Below, piece after piece: positions 39,039 through 49,075 of a DNA stretch of 64,000 nucleotides. The position numbers were made by a program, and so were the translations under genes. The stretch lies in IMG/VR virus record IMGVR_UViG_3300048573_000442; one strand, written 5' to 3'. The first letter of the stretch is position 1. Every line of letters begins with the position of its first letter. The DNA comes from a virus. Below the pieces are notes generated by a model, which did not search any database, had not been told where the DNA came from, and was given only the letters and a program-made list of their open reading frames with translations.

Positions 39039-39359
39039 TTAAGGGTTATTGGTTTGCATCAAGGCGCTAATAGCTTCTTCAAGTTTTTCAAGCTCTGCCC
39101 GCTTTTCTTCGAAGTTGTTATTAAAGAATAATGATACCAATTGATTAAACATCTTTGGTTCAATGCATAGTTCATCAACTGCTGCATCACGAAGCACCTT
39201 AATCGATTCCTGTTCGTCAAGAATCTTTGTTTTGCATCGAATGCTTTCGTCGATATAGTTCTGTAGTTTTGTTCGAAGGCCTTGATCCTTCAAAATCGTG
39301 GAAACTTCAATGTATTGTTTTTTGCCAACAGCGAGTGCATTTTTCATATTTTTCTCCAA
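39039..39359 (-). CDS. dsbA: T4 DsbA-like dsDNA-binding protein
   Basis: Helical pattern ..IKVLRDAAVDELCIEPKMFNQLVSLF matches the T4 DsbA family; located next to the polymerase. Confidence 0.65.
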   Translation of the reverse strand: MEKNMKNALAVGKKQYIEVSTILKDQGLRTKLQNYIDESIRCKTKILDEQESIKVLRDAAVDELCIEPKMFNQLVSLFFNNNFEEKRAELEKLEEAISALMQTNNP

Positions 39360-39396
39360 GGGGTAAATGAGTAAATTCGACTGAAGCCGAAGTTAT

Positions 39397-39425
39397 ATTG
39401 TAACGTAAAAGCGAGGAACTGAAAA
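39397..39425 (-). promoter_or_regulatory. sigma70-like promoter TTTTCA-N17-TACAAT
   Basis: Intergenic, upstream of dsbA/pol. Confidence 0.45.
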
Positions 39426-39429
39426 TATC

Positions 39430-39849
39430 TTACGTATTGATACGTTCGATTTCATCTGGTGAAAGATCTGTCACATTTTTATCGCATACCGTGTACGCTT
39501 CGAAAAGCTTAACAAGTTCGCCTTTTTTAAAGGCTGCTACATCCACAGCGATTGAAATTGTCGCTATTTGTTCTGTCCATTCCAAGTCATCGGTATCAAA
39601 GGGGGATTCGTTTGTTGTAATAGCCGGGTTTACAATTTTAAAGACTGCAGCATTTTTTCGAGCTTTTGCAGTTGGGAGCCGGCTAAATAATTCTTTGGCC
39701 AAATTATTAAGCTTGCGGTCGCACTCAACGTAGCTGTCAAATGCCTTTGAATCTAGAACCAAAGCCTGTGTATCCAGACTTAAAAAATTCTGTGGAAGGA
39801 AAAGCTTTGCCTCTTCTATTTCAAGTCTGTATTGATAAAGAGTCGTCAT
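39430..39849 (-). CDS. Hypothetical protein
   Basis: 139-aa ORF. Confidence 0.5.
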   Translation of the reverse strand: MTTLYQYRLEIEEAKLFLPQNFLSLDTQALVLDSKAFDSYVECDRKLNNLAKELFSRLPTAKARKNAAVFKIVNPAITTNESPFDTDDLEWTEQIATISIAVDVAAFKKGELVKLFEAYTVCDKNVTDLSPDEIERINT

Positions 39850-39850
39850 T

Positions 39851-40381
39851 TTAGTGTACGGTAATATGAGTTTTTAGAGATGACCTGTCAATAGTTTCGT
39901 GTCTAGCTAATTGCTCTGTTCCTAAAAACCACATGTATTTGTCAATATCAGCTTGGATCTTGCCCACGATGGAAAAGTTATATGACCAATAAGTATGCCT
40001 AGATTGGATAAAATCCCCGTCGTCATCAAATGATCTAGACAGCAAGATTGGGATCTTGCCTTCTTCTGCATATTGATCTGACATTAAGTCAATGTCGGCT
40101 TGAGCGGTCGCTTTTTCTTCAGAATTATCTACAGCTCCACCTGGATAGAACCTCCCATTGTACTCTATTGATTTGGTAACATGCCCTGTTTCAACATTCA
40201 AACCCGTTAAAACTTCGTCCATTACGCGGTTCATTTCATGAGTTGCTTCTATATCAGAATCATACTCATCTGAGACTATCGAAATATTATGCAACCCAAA
40301 ATCACCAGCAAAAAATGACCTAACTATTTCACCAGAGAATTCTATTTCGTAAGCACAAGGAATAACCTGGTCGGCAATCAT
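39851..40381 (-). CDS. Hypothetical protein
   Basis: 176-aa acidic ORF. Confidence 0.5.
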   Translation of the reverse strand: MIADQVIPCAYEIEFSGEIVRSFFAGDFGLHNISIVSDEYDSDIEATHEMNRVMDEVLTGLNVETGHVTKSIEYNGRFYPGGAVDNSEEKATAQADIDLMSDQYAEEGKIPILLSRSFDDDGDFIQSRHTYWSYNFSIVGKIQADIDKYMWFLGTEQLARHETIDRSSLKTHITVH

Positions 40382-41547
40382 ACTTCTCCTATTAAAAAAT
40401 TACTCTGCGGCAAATTCTGCTCAATGGTTTCAGCAATCAAAACGCCCTTATCAGAATAGACAATATTTGGTGTGCTTAGCGCAGCGTTGGGGCCATTATA
40501 ATACACTTTTATTGCCGGGAAAACACTTGCGACCAATTTTGCAGTTATCGTGAAATCCCTAATCGACCGATTACTGGTAAGCATTTGAAAGGATTCATTT
40601 GCGCTGGTGGCCGGTAAAGTTCCCCATATAAAACGATCAAAATGGGAAAAAGGCTTCTTTGAAAAAAGAAACTCTGTGTTTTCCAATTGAACAGCTGTAG
40701 TCGTAGGGTTATTTGTTTCAATGCGAACTATATCGACCAACCGGGCATAAGATGAGGGCAACATACTAGCAGTCGAAGTCGCCGTGAACAGCCAGTATTT
40801 TGTTTCGGCTTTTGTTACTTTATCAGGCAGAAATACCCATTTCACATTTCCCCAAGCCCCCGCTAAGCTGTTAACAGATAGCTTCCAGTTAGGAACAAAT
40901 TGCAAAGTTCGTTCTTCGACTTCTTTTTCAAAGTAGACAAAAATGTCAACAGTGCTGCCCAAAGTAATTGCTGTAGTAAATTGAACAGACGCATTTTGCC
41001 CGGGGGTAACAGTAAAATCTTCACGTGTAACTCCGTTGACCTTGATGCGAATTCTGCCATCAGTTACCGCAGCAGAGTCAATCCTAAGATTTCTCCCACG
41101 ATTATCCTTACCGCTAATAGTATTAGTTGATGCTGATGCCATAAATGTAAACTGTGCAAACTTGACGCTTTCAGTTCTGCGTTGTTCAAATTTGACGTTT
41201 AGGCTTTCGGCATTTAAAGCTTCAGCATCACTCATTTTTACTGCAAGAGTCAGCGCCCCATTAGAGGAGACTGACATGAGCGCAATCGGTTCGGAAGTTA
41301 CAGATGTGATAGTAGATGTATTTTGGCCCCTAGCGACCCAATCAGATTGAGAATCTTGAACATTTTTACCCTGAGTATCTAAAAGGTTTAATGACCCTGT
41401 ACAGCCTAGTGTAATAGTGCAGGAATTAGGAACTGCACGAATCGGGTCATTTTGAATGTTTTTAATCTTGTTACAAACCGTACATTTATAAGCGCGTGTG
41501 GTATTCATAGTTAAATTAGTACAGCGCAGAACAGGGAGCGCATTCAC
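40378..41547 (-). CDS. Putative structural protein with N-terminal Cys4 motif
   Basis: CTVC...CTITLGC; beta-rich module (IKVNGV..DFTV..G..VQF..A...GS.VDI). Confidence 0.45.
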   Translation of the reverse strand: MNALPVLRCTNLTMNTTRAYKCTVCNKIKNIQNDPIRAVPNSCTITLGCTGSLNLLDTQGKNVQDSQSDWVARGQNTSTITSVTSEPIALMSVSSNGALTLAVKMSDAEALNAESLNVKFEQRRTESVKFAQFTFMASASTNTISGKDNRGRNLRIDSAAVTDGRIRIKVNGVTREDFTVTPGQNASVQFTTAITLGSTVDIFVYFEKEVEERTLQFVPNWKLSVNSLAGAWGNVKWVFLPDKVTKAETKYWLFTATSTASMLPSSYARLVDIVRIETNNPTTTAVQLENTEFLFSKKPFSHFDRFIWGTLPATSANESFQMLTSNRSIRDFTITAKLVASVFPAIKVYYNGPNAALSTPNIVYSDKGVLIAETIEQNLPQSNFLIGEV

Positions 41548-41579
41548 CCAAGACGTTACAAAATACGGCTCAAGGCTAT

Positions 41580-41768
41580 TTATCCATTAGAAACAATAAA
41601 CAGCTCATCATGTTTAACCCATTTTTTCCATCCGTCAGATTCTCCGGCAGGCGTAATTTCCACAAGCACATTATCCCTAATTTTTCCATTAAGGGTCTTA
41701 ATCTGCTGTGTTGCCTGTCTACCGGTTTTTCTAACTTCCTGGCCATCATGCACGAATGTTTCAGCCAT
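41580..41768 (-). CDS. Small conserved phage protein
   Basis: 62 aa with W.KWV..DELF pattern. Confidence 0.5.
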   Translation of the reverse strand: MAETFVHDGQEVRKTGRQATQQIKTLNGKIRDNVLVEITPAGESDGWKKWVKHDELFIVSNG

Positions 41769-42387
41769 TTAGCGCCTCATCGGTAATTGCGCGAATGATC
41801 CTACACGCTTCAACAGTCTGCAGTGCATCCTGTAAAGCATTATGGGAACCACGCTCGGCGAACCCGAGTTTATCAAACAGCAAGTCTGATTTGTGAACGC
41901 CAAAATTGATAAACCCTACAGAACTAGTATCTAGCACCACGTGATGTAGTTGAATCCATCCATTACGCTTTGTTACGGCCTGAATAGAGAACTCGATATC
42001 AATTTCTTCGAATAATTGATTCGTAAACAAAATATCAAAGGACGCATTATGGCCGAGGAACATGACTTTTGATGTCGGGCCCCAATATTTCAGGATGAGT
42101 TCTGCTAAATCAACTGCAGCTTCTTCACGTGTTACTCCATTAACTTCAAGATGTTCCCTGGAAAGCCCATGAATTGCCTGTGCTTCATCGCTCCATTTCC
42201 AACGAGTTGAGTCGAATTTGATTTCTCGATATAGTGTTTCAACTACTGAAAAATCAGCAAGCTTAAACACTACTGCGCCAACTGAAAGACCTTGATGGAG
42301 GATAGAGCTATCACCGTTCCATGTAGAACCCGAAGTTTCCCAATCTATACAAAGCCCGAAAGTTTGATTTAATTGTCTAGTTTTCAT
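41761..42387 (-). CDS. DEDDh 3'-5' exonuclease
   Basis: IDWETSG, GHNASFD, LDT and HNALQDA. Confidence 0.88.
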   Translation of the reverse strand: MKTRQLNQTFGLCIDWETSGSTWNGDSSILHQGLSVGAVVFKLADFSVVETLYREIKFDSTRWKWSDEAQAIHGLSREHLEVNGVTREEAAVDLAELILKYWGPTSKVMFLGHNASFDILFTNQLFEEIDIEFSIQAVTKRNGWIQLHHVVLDTSSVGFINFGVHKSDLLFDKLGFAERGSHNALQDALQTVEACRIIRAITDEALNG

Positions 42388-42955
42388 AATTTTTCAAAAA
42401 GCTGCAAATTTCTTTTGCACGTTCTTCTTTACTAACTCCTTTGATTTCGTATTGTTTTGAACCATGTTCCCGAATAAATTCCCTAATAAGACTGTCGACT
42501 TCATCACGGCTTTCAAAATCCGCCCGATGTGGATCTTTAACAAATGGGATTTCCTTTGCCTGCGGGACCACAACAATGCAAGAGTACGCTTTTGCCATAA
42601 GCTTAAGTGTATTGTAATACTCTTGAGCCCAAGAATCAGTTTCAACCAAGACTTTATTTCTTGCACACCAGATACTAGTATAGGCCCACACGTCTGCAGG
42701 TGTTCTTTCGACTAATACAATTTCGTTCGACTCGAAATGTTTCATATCTCGTTGGTGCATGGCAGATGCAATTGAAGTTTGCAACTCCATCATGTTTTTG
42801 ACAGATTCTTGGGCTCGAGACAGGCTACCCCACCCAAGCTTTTTCTGTGCAGCTCTTGAGAGACTAACGTCTTCTACTATAAATCCTGCTGCTTTAGCAG
42901 CCTGAAGGATGGTAGATTTGCCAGTGCCCTGTGTTCCAGATAGCCCAATAATCAT
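42377..42955 (-). CDS. P-loop nucleotide kinase / AAA_28-like
   Basis: GLSGTQGTGKST and VERTPADVWAY. Confidence 0.75.
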   Translation of the reverse strand: MIIGLSGTQGTGKSTILQAAKAAGFIVEDVSLSRAAQKKLGWGSLSRAQESVKNMMELQTSIASAMHQRDMKHFESNEIVLVERTPADVWAYTSIWCARNKVLVETDSWAQEYYNTLKLMAKAYSCIVVVPQAKEIPFVKDPHRADFESRDEVDSLIREFIREHGSKQYEIKGVSKEERAKEICSFLKNYEN

Positions 42956-43419
42956 GATGCTAGTCTGGATGAAGTCACTAACTTGATAATGTTGTAAGTC
43001 GCATCACCGGGTCCGGTCACAATTGCTGGTTCAACCTTGAACGCATCTTGGAAAATGTAGTTCATGCCATCTGATGCCAACTTTGCGCCAAAAATGTACT
43101 CTGGGAGAATTACTACAGTGCAAGTATGAAGGCGCTCCAATGAATCTTTATCTTCACAGAATGTTTCAAACGGAAAGCCAGCATCAAAAATAATGTCGGT
43201 CGATTGCGTAAGAGATTTTGAATTACCACCATCCAAAACAATAAACGTTTTATGATCTTTGGCCCAATCATAAACCATGGTTTTTTGAAAATCCGAATTG
43301 TCATTGCCGACACGTCCAGAATATTTCAACATTAAATCGACTGCAGCATGACCGGTTTGGATGCCTTTTTGCATAGGCGACAAATAAAAATTTACAAAAC
43401 TATAAAGACGAAGTTCCAT
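42952..43419 (-). CDS. Peptidyl-tRNA hydrolase 2 (PTH2)-fold protein, probable
   Basis: LSPMQKGIQTGHA, W...HKTFIVL and F.E..L...T...ILP. Confidence 0.55.
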   Translation of the reverse strand: MELRLYSFVNFYLSPMQKGIQTGHAAVDLMLKYSGRVGNDNSDFQKTMVYDWAKDHKTFIVLDGGNSKSLTQSTDIIFDAGFPFETFCEDKDSLERLHTCTVVILPEYIFGAKLASDGMNYIFQDAFKVEPAIVTGPGDATYNIIKLVTSSRLAS

Positions 43420-43787
43420 TATTTTGATCCTTGTTGACTAAGAAACATAATATCTGCGACAAGCTCGCAAGATAAACAAATTTCGTGCGGTTGACTATCA
43501 ATTGTCAGCAAAATGCTTTTTATAGCTTTCTCAATTTGGAACTCAGACCGGTAAGAAGGAGTAATTGAGAAATAAGTAAAGGCGAAAGATGGAAATGCCT
43601 TTAGAAACCAGAAGAGGTTCTCCTTTTTCCACTTCTTTTTGACTTGGCGATATTCCTCATCTTCTTTATCTCGAACATGTGTACGCCGTGTTAACTCCTT
43701 AAGCGCGTTAACGCACTTATTTCGAAGCTCTTGGAAGTTGTGATCTTCTGCGCTTTTAAAAACGCAAAAATTTTCATCAAATTTCAT
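43419..43787 (-). CDS. Hypothetical protein
   Basis: 122-aa ORF coupled to neighbours. Confidence 0.5.
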   Translation of the reverse strand: MKFDENFCVFKSAEDHNFQELRNKCVNALKELTRRTHVRDKEDEEYRQVKKKWKKENLFWFLKAFPSFAFTYFSITPSYRSEFQIEKAIKSILLTIDSQPHEICLSCELVADIMFLSQQGSK

Positions 43788-44845
43788 TATTTTTCATCCT
43801 GTAAAAATTTGTTAGAAATAACTTTAAAACTGAACTTGCCATCTACACGTTTAAAAACTAGGCCTTCTCGAACTGCGTTGACAATACTCTTGCCTTCAGC
43901 AAATTTAAGAAGCTCCTGAGCGCCATTGATGTCAAAAGTATTGTGCAGATTTGCAGAATATGAAATGATTGGGGCATGGAAAACAAGTTTTTTATTGACA
44001 AACGGCAATAACTTGTTAACAAACTCTAATCTTTCTAGCGGCGCCAAGTAACGCTGTTCATCAATCATAAACACGTCAAAGATGAAAAACTTGTACGTGC
44101 TAAAAGATTCCCGATTGCCCCGAATTGACGGCCCCATAATTTCGCCTTGAACGGCGATATTGCCAAAATTTGATAAAGCTGTCTGTAATTGGCTATTAAT
44201 CAGCATTTTTACGTAGACATTTTCTGCATTTTCACCACAGATTTTCAAATCAAGATTTCGGCTGCATGCGCCGATATACCCGCTGTCATGATAAAATGTT
44301 GCACTGGTGCCATCAAGTTTGATTGTAACCTCATATTCTGAATCAATGTTATCTACGAATATTTCTTCGACAATATTTTGACAACGCTCCTGACAAGTTT
44401 TAGGAATTTTGCTTGGGAAGTTTCCGCGAATAATGCCTGCAAATTTTGCTGGCAACGTAGGTTCCCACTTTTTGATGCCCAACATTTCAGCTACATCTCG
44501 CCGCTCCCCACTTTCTAATAGGCCTGAAATAGCGTTAAGTTCTGGAAACAATGAAAGCGGTAAAGCCAACCCTTGCGACAGAACCCGACGCAATTTAACT
44601 GTGCGTAGGCGAACGCCGCGTATCCCTTCAAATTCACGAATATTATCCTTCATGAGAAATGAATACCGTGCATCTGCCTCTGGCAACCAACAATCAATTT
44701 CAAAGTATACGCAATGATCGCCAACAGAAAATTCGCCGCGTTTCACGATAACTTTCCATCCGCCGATTGTTGCAACTTCGATTACATCTGCGCCAGGAAT
44801 TGGGTCAAGCGCATCAATTTTGCGCAATGTTACAAGCTTTCTCAT
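43787..44845 (-). CDS. RNA ligase, DRB0094 (Rnl5-like) family
   Basis: N-terminal OB domain (I..L.PIPGAD.IE.A.I.GW.V.V..GEF), KLDGTS, QGEI.G, REGLVFK and FKVISN. Confidence 0.9.
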   Translation of the reverse strand: MRKLVTLRKIDALDPIPGADVIEVATIGGWKVIVKRGEFSVGDHCVYFEIDCWLPEADARYSFLMKDNIREFEGIRGVRLRTVKLRRVLSQGLALPLSLFPELNAISGLLESGERRDVAEMLGIKKWEPTLPAKFAGIIRGNFPSKIPKTCQERCQNIVEEIFVDNIDSEYEVTIKLDGTSATFYHDSGYIGACSRNLDLKICGENAENVYVKMLINSQLQTALSNFGNIAVQGEIMGPSIRGNRESFSTYKFFIFDVFMIDEQRYLAPLERLEFVNKLLPFVNKKLVFHAPIISYSANLHNTFDINGAQELLKFAEGKSIVNAVREGLVFKRVDGKFSFKVISNKFLQDEK

Positions 44846-44846
44846 T

Positions 44847-45056
44847 TCAATCCTTTTTAAAAGGAGAACCTTTAAACGGTTTCAATCCCATTTGTTGGCG
44901 ATAACAGTGCTCGAGGTGGCCCTGCATCTCAAAAAATTGCTTACTGATTTCAGCAAATCGTTCCGACCATTCATCGGGGAGTTCAATTTCTGCTTCTTCA
45001 TCTGGAGAAAAAGTGAAACACCACATTTCGTGCAAATCAAATTTTACTTTTGACAT
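44847..45056 (-). CDS. Hypothetical protein
   Basis: 69-aa ORF. Confidence 0.5.
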   Translation of the reverse strand: MSKVKFDLHEMWCFTFSPDEEAEIELPDEWSERFAEISKQFFEMQGHLEHCYRQQMGLKPFKGSPFKKD

Positions 45057-45373
45057 CAGCCTCTCCGCATTTTAGCGACATCAATTGCCGCTTCATGATT
45101 AAAAACAGGAACCAGATTGGATTTATGCATTGTGCAAATTCCAACGATTTTATCTCCGGTGTAAACTTTCGGTTCTGACTTTGTTGCCAGACCCATCATT
45201 CCTTTGGGATTGCTCTTAGGGCGTTGAATCGAGACATGTTCGGTCTTCGGAGGCTTATAAGCGCTTTTGACCCCCATGCTTTTAGCACCACGCTCTAGAG
45301 GCTTTGAATGGGAAGCCATAAGAACTTCCCATTCTTTTTGCAATTGGGCTTGTTTAGTTGTCATCTTTTTCAT
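45056..45373 (-). CDS. Conserved phage basic protein
   Basis: YTGDKIVGI.TMHKSNLVPVF...A.DVAKMRR motif, seen in large myophages. Confidence 0.6.
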   Translation of the reverse strand: MKKMTTKQAQLQKEWEVLMASHSKPLERGAKSMGVKSAYKPPKTEHVSIQRPKSNPKGMMGLATKSEPKVYTGDKIVGICTMHKSNLVPVFNHEAAIDVAKMRRG

Positions 45374-45585
45374 AACATGAATTTTTTAATGATTTCGTCT
45401 ACTTGTGGAAAACTTTCTTCCTTCATTACTGATTCATCAAGAGCAGCAGCAACAATCATATTATACACCACGTGCCCATCATGCCCAAATTTTGATACGA
45501 TTTGGTGCACTTCTGGTAAAGTTTCTGCTGCCCACATGAGTTCTGCAATATCACGTTGGCGCTTATTGATGAAAATGATTTCCAT
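45370..45585 (-). CDS. Hypothetical protein
   Basis: 71-aa ORF. Confidence 0.5.
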   Translation of the reverse strand: MEIIFINKRQRDIAELMWAAETLPEVHQIVSKFGHDGHVVYNMIVAAALDESVMKEESFPQVDEIIKKFML

Positions 45586-46038
45586 TTATTCTTTCTTTAA
45601 AGGGCTTCTATTCCATTTGCTAATGGCATCCTGTTTTGATTTACCTGGCATTACGGCTCCGCAGCCTCCAGAAGTTTCGACACAGTAAATTGAGTAACAC
45701 CAGTTTTCTGCGGGTGCTTCATCGAAATCAACATACTCGGTGGAGTCATCTTCTGTCTGAACCCAAGCGGTTCCGTTCGGGTACATGGTTTCAATGTTTG
45801 CTGTATCTGGCACAGTTCCGCAAAATGGGCAGGGTTTTAAATACGCATAATTCCAGAAGTTGCTGTTTGGCTTCAACGACTCTTGCAAAATAAATTCGCA
45901 AACCTCAGCTAGCGAACAGTTTTGCTCGACTGCTAGAGTCTCAAGAACTCCGACAAGGTCAGCATCTAGCGTAAGATCAATAAACGCTTCAGCGTTGTTC
46001 ATTTTTGTCTTCAAATAAAAGCTTACATGAAGTAACAC
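45586..46038 (-). CDS. Lar-like (restriction alleviation) Zn-finger domain protein
   Basis: LKPCPFCG...C.....CG......AI..WN, preceded by a possible ribbon-helix-helix segment. Confidence 0.6.
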   Translation of the reverse strand: MLLHVSFYLKTKMNNAEAFIDLTLDADLVGVLETLAVEQNCSLAEVCEFILQESLKPNSNFWNYAYLKPCPFCGTVPDTANIETMYPNGTAWVQTEDDSTEYVDFDEAPAENWCYSIYCVETSGGCGAVMPGKSKQDAISKWNRSPLKKE

Positions 46039-46189
46039 ATATTAGCACGAGGTTTATCAGTGGGAGCAACGACAAGAATAATGCGAAATGTCTTGATTCC
46101 TGGTCAATTTTTCTAAACCTTCGGCAATCTGCAATCAATAGATGATAGCATGCATAAGCAGCAAATAAGTGTAATACAAAAGTATTCAT
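45989..46189 (-). CDS. Small membrane protein
   Basis: 66 aa with two hydrophobic segments. Confidence 0.4.
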   Translation of the reverse strand: MNTFVLHLFAAYACYHLLIADCRRFRKIDQESRHFALFLSLLPLINLVLICVTSCKLLFEDKNEQR

Positions 46190-46452
46190 TTCTGTTCCAT
46201 TATAGGCGTTTCAATTTGCGCTAAAATCTTTCTAAGTTGGCTGACCGCTTCACTTAATCCTTCATGCTTGCCAAGTAGAACATTTGCCTCCTGATGTGCA
46301 TGATATTCAGCTTGCCCAAAAATGCCTTTACTAGTCTTAAATTCCCACCCAAGGCATTCATCGGACGCAAGCTTCTGAAGACATTTAATGTAAGCGTGAC
46401 TGGATAGCGCGTCAAGTTCGTTGATTGTTTGTTGAATTAATTCTTTGTGCAT
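46186..46452 (-). CDS. Hypothetical protein
   Basis: 88-aa ORF. Confidence 0.5.
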   Translation of the reverse strand: MHKELIQQTINELDALSSHAYIKCLQKLASDECLGWEFKTSKGIFGQAEYHAHQEANVLLGKHEGLSEAVSQLRKILAQIETPIMEQK

Positions 46453-46454
46453 TT

Positions 46455-47594
46455 TTAAACAGGGTCTTTAGGAACCATAGAAAGTTGACGAAGGCTGAAT
46501 TCCTGCTTTAGGATATTTTTCTCAAAATAGTCCTTGATTGACAATTCCTTGCCACTCATCAAAGACATAAGCAATCCAAAATATTTGTGTTCTTTATGCT
46601 TAATAGCAAAGTCCTTCTTAAGCAGTGTTTTATCGGCTTCATATACCGAATAAATTGAATTAGTAATATCGATCATGCGTTCAACCACTCGTTTTTCAAT
46701 CGCCAAGATTTCATCGATATTCACACCTTCGGCAACAAGCTGAGATTTCAAGTCGTCAATGGTTTCATCAATAACTAGTTGCGCAACATCACGTTCTCGA
46801 AGGAACGTCATTGCTCGGTGCAGCTTTAAGTATTGTTCCGTCTTGACCTTGACCATGTCTCCATTTTCAAACTGGATCACCCAGCCTTCAATGCCCTCAC
46901 GAGTTTTTGCAGCATCAAGCATTCGCTGGTAGTTAAAGGTGATTTTATACCCGTTCCCAATTTGCATGTCGAAAAACTCATCAACTTCTTCGACTTTATG
47001 AAGGTGAAAAACTGAAGAAAGCTTCTCAATTTCTTCAACCGTGAAGTACCGGCCAGTAACATTGCAGCGGATGTGTAAGAGGCCAAGCTGAGGCGTGGAG
47101 TAGAAAATCACGATTCGCGAATCAGGTGCCATCCATTCGAAAATAGCAGTGATGTTATGGCTGACACAATACTCGCAAAAGTCCTGATAGTTTTTACGTT
47201 CAGAAACCCACTTAGTCGCATCGATGGCAACAGAGGAACTAAAAGCCTTCTTAGACTTCAACTTAAAACCGTCAGCGGTTTTAACAGTATGGATCATCGA
47301 TCCATCGGCCTTCAGCATTACCCGAACGACCTTAGACCAGTCGATATTTTCTGCGCGGGTAGAAGGTCGTTCGCCAACGTTAAAGAATTTATGAAGCGGG
47401 CGGCCAGAAACTTGACCGGCTTCATTGAATACAATGCCACGACACTCACGAAGCCAGTCAGTGTCAAAAGTTCCTTCTGCTGAGATCATGTAGCAGAAGG
47501 ACTTGGCACCATGGCCAATATCCGCTTCGCGGATTTCTTCCTTATGTGAAGTGTGCGAGCGAAACTCTTCGATGCTGGTGATAGTTGGGAACAT
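46455..47594 (-). CDS. rnlA: RNA ligase 1 (T4 RnlA-like)
   Basis: ECRGIVF, RPLHKFFN, motif I KADGS, FEW..P..RIV, EGWVI and VKVKT..Y; AAGGAG RBS. Confidence 0.88.
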   Translation of the reverse strand: MFPTITSIEEFRSHTSHKEEIREADIGHGAKSFCYMISAEGTFDTDWLRECRGIVFNEAGQVSGRPLHKFFNVGERPSTRAENIDWSKVVRVMLKADGSMIHTVKTADGFKLKSKKAFSSSVAIDATKWVSERKNYQDFCEYCVSHNITAIFEWMAPDSRIVIFYSTPQLGLLHIRCNVTGRYFTVEEIEKLSSVFHLHKVEEVDEFFDMQIGNGYKITFNYQRMLDAAKTREGIEGWVIQFENGDMVKVKTEQYLKLHRAMTFLRERDVAQLVIDETIDDLKSQLVAEGVNIDEILAIEKRVVERMIDITNSIYSVYEADKTLLKKDFAIKHKEHKYFGLLMSLMSGKELSIKDYFEKNILKQEFSLRQLSMVPKDPV

Positions 47595-47617
47595 GTAAGA
47601 CTCCTTGTGTTTGAAGA

Positions 47618-47626
47618 ATTATAACA
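47618..47626 (-). promoter_or_regulatory. Extended -10 promoter TGtTATAAT for the rnlA run
   Basis: Upstream of the RBS at 47601-47606. Confidence 0.5.
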
Positions 47627-47847
47627 CAAGAAATCTTACTTTTTAAAAAAGGGGGTTATTTTACTAGCGAACCGATAAACGAAGGGATATTCTCCTACGC
47701 TGAGATTCCTAGGGAACACAATGTCACCGGAACAAAATAAATGTCGCGTTTTAAAAAATTCCACGGCAAATAAACTTACACGATGCGCTAAGGTTTGATC
47801 TCTATCAAGATCGTCTTGAAAAATTTTATTAAAGAATTTAATAACCG

Positions 47848-48414
47848 TTAGTTATCAAGACCGTACCATTTTACTACGCTGTATCTTGCTCCTTTTGTGA
47901 CAGGCAGAACTTCATGTGGATAGCTTATATTTGAATGGAAAATTATAGTTGAACCAATCGCAGGTTTAATTTTTAACGGGTTCCTCATTTCATCTTTTTC
48001 GAAATGAAGCACTAATTCCCCGCCTTCATACTCAACATTTAAATAGGTAATGGTTGTTATAAATCTCCATGGCGCGGATTTTATAAGTGTCCCACTTGCG
48101 TCTATAAACTCCGAATCCGTGTGTATCCTAAAATAAGAACTATTACTTTCATCGTATTTTAGAAATTGAATCGGTTCTACATTTTTTAATGAGAATAAAT
48201 TTTGTGTATGCCATTTAACACAAAAATCAATCCGTTCTTCTATGCTTTTGTAAACTTCGGGCGGCACGCATATGTTTTCTGAAGTCCTGAAAGCTTGTGA
48301 GTTTCCTAAATTGTAAACTGTTGATTTTGATTTATCAAATCCCTTAATAGCATTGATAATAGTTTCACATTGCGAAATAGTAAAAGTTTGAATATTTAGG
48401 TGACTTTTAATCAT
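47848..48414 (-). CDS. 2OG-Fe(II) dioxygenase, prolyl-4-hydroxylase (P4H/PKHD)-type
   Basis: HTD, ITYLN..YEGGEL, HEV.PVT.G.RYS. Confidence 0.88.
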   Translation of the reverse strand: MIKSHLNIQTFTISQCETIINAIKGFDKSKSTVYNLGNSQAFRTSENICVPPEVYKSIEERIDFCVKWHTQNLFSLKNVEPIQFLKYDESNSSYFRIHTDSEFIDASGTLIKSAPWRFITTITYLNVEYEGGELVLHFEKDEMRNPLKIKPAIGSTIIFHSNISYPHEVLPVTKGARYSVVKWYGLDN

Positions 48415-48415
48415 G

Positions 48416-49075
48416 CTAATTTAATGACCCTTGGTAGTTTATCGGGGCGAAATGGCAAAACATACCAAGTACCCATTCGAGACTTGTTGGCATTTGCGGT
48501 CTACCGTGTAACGTCCTGGTCCCCGAATAAACAAAAGCGTCCCCGGGATTTAAGTTTGCGTTAATTAAACCATTTTGCGTTTGTAAAATAAGGGGCCATT
48601 CTTTTACCTTCGAATTATCAGAAGAATCAATTATTATAGAAACGTTCCATGTACATGCAGGCCTTCCGTCAACGTGAAATTGAAGACCCGAACCTTTTTT
48701 ATAACATGCGGTAAACGTATATGAGGGCTTTGCATCTTCTGGCAGAATGGATTTTATAAACGGTGCTATGAGCTCGTGGACAAATCTTGACAGCGGCGCA
48801 TTGTGGGAAGCAGTTCTATTTGTTTCAACTGTTTCAACTGTTTCAAATACAATTTGCTGATTTCCGAAAAAAGATTGGCTAATTAAATCGCAACATCCCC
48901 GCGTCAAAAGGTTTGGAATAAGAACTCCCCCATTAAGAGCGAGGCCCTGTTTAAGCAAGCTGGTGTCATATAAAGTTCTTTCCTCTATTAGGTCAGAAGA
49001 AGGCAAATTGATTTTTAGGCCATGATGGTACGGCCAATGAACTTCTCGAGATTTCAAGCCATCAAATTTATTCAT
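48416..49075 (-). CDS. 2OG-Fe(II) dioxygenase (type common in marine/cyanophage islands)
   Basis: Y.KGS.L.FHVD..C..NVSI, WPL, L.PGDA..YSG...HGR. Confidence 0.82.
   Translation of the reverse strand: MNKFDGLKSREVHWPYHHGLKINLPSSDLIEERTLYDTSLLKQGLALNGGVLIPNLLTRGCCDLISQSFFGNQQIVFETVETVETNRTASHNAPLSRFVHELIAPFIKSILPEDAKPSYTFTACYKKGSGLQFHVDGRPACTWNVSIIIDSSDNSKVKEWPLILQTQNGLINANLNPGDAFVYSGTRTLHGRPQMPTSLEWVLGMFCHFAPINYQGSLN

Noticed and set aside
47636-47851. 71-codon open minus-strand frame after the last P4H gene
   Set aside because: It has no ATG or clear RBS, is preceded by in-frame stops and has no recognisable motif. It may be a remnant at the island edge but cannot be supported.
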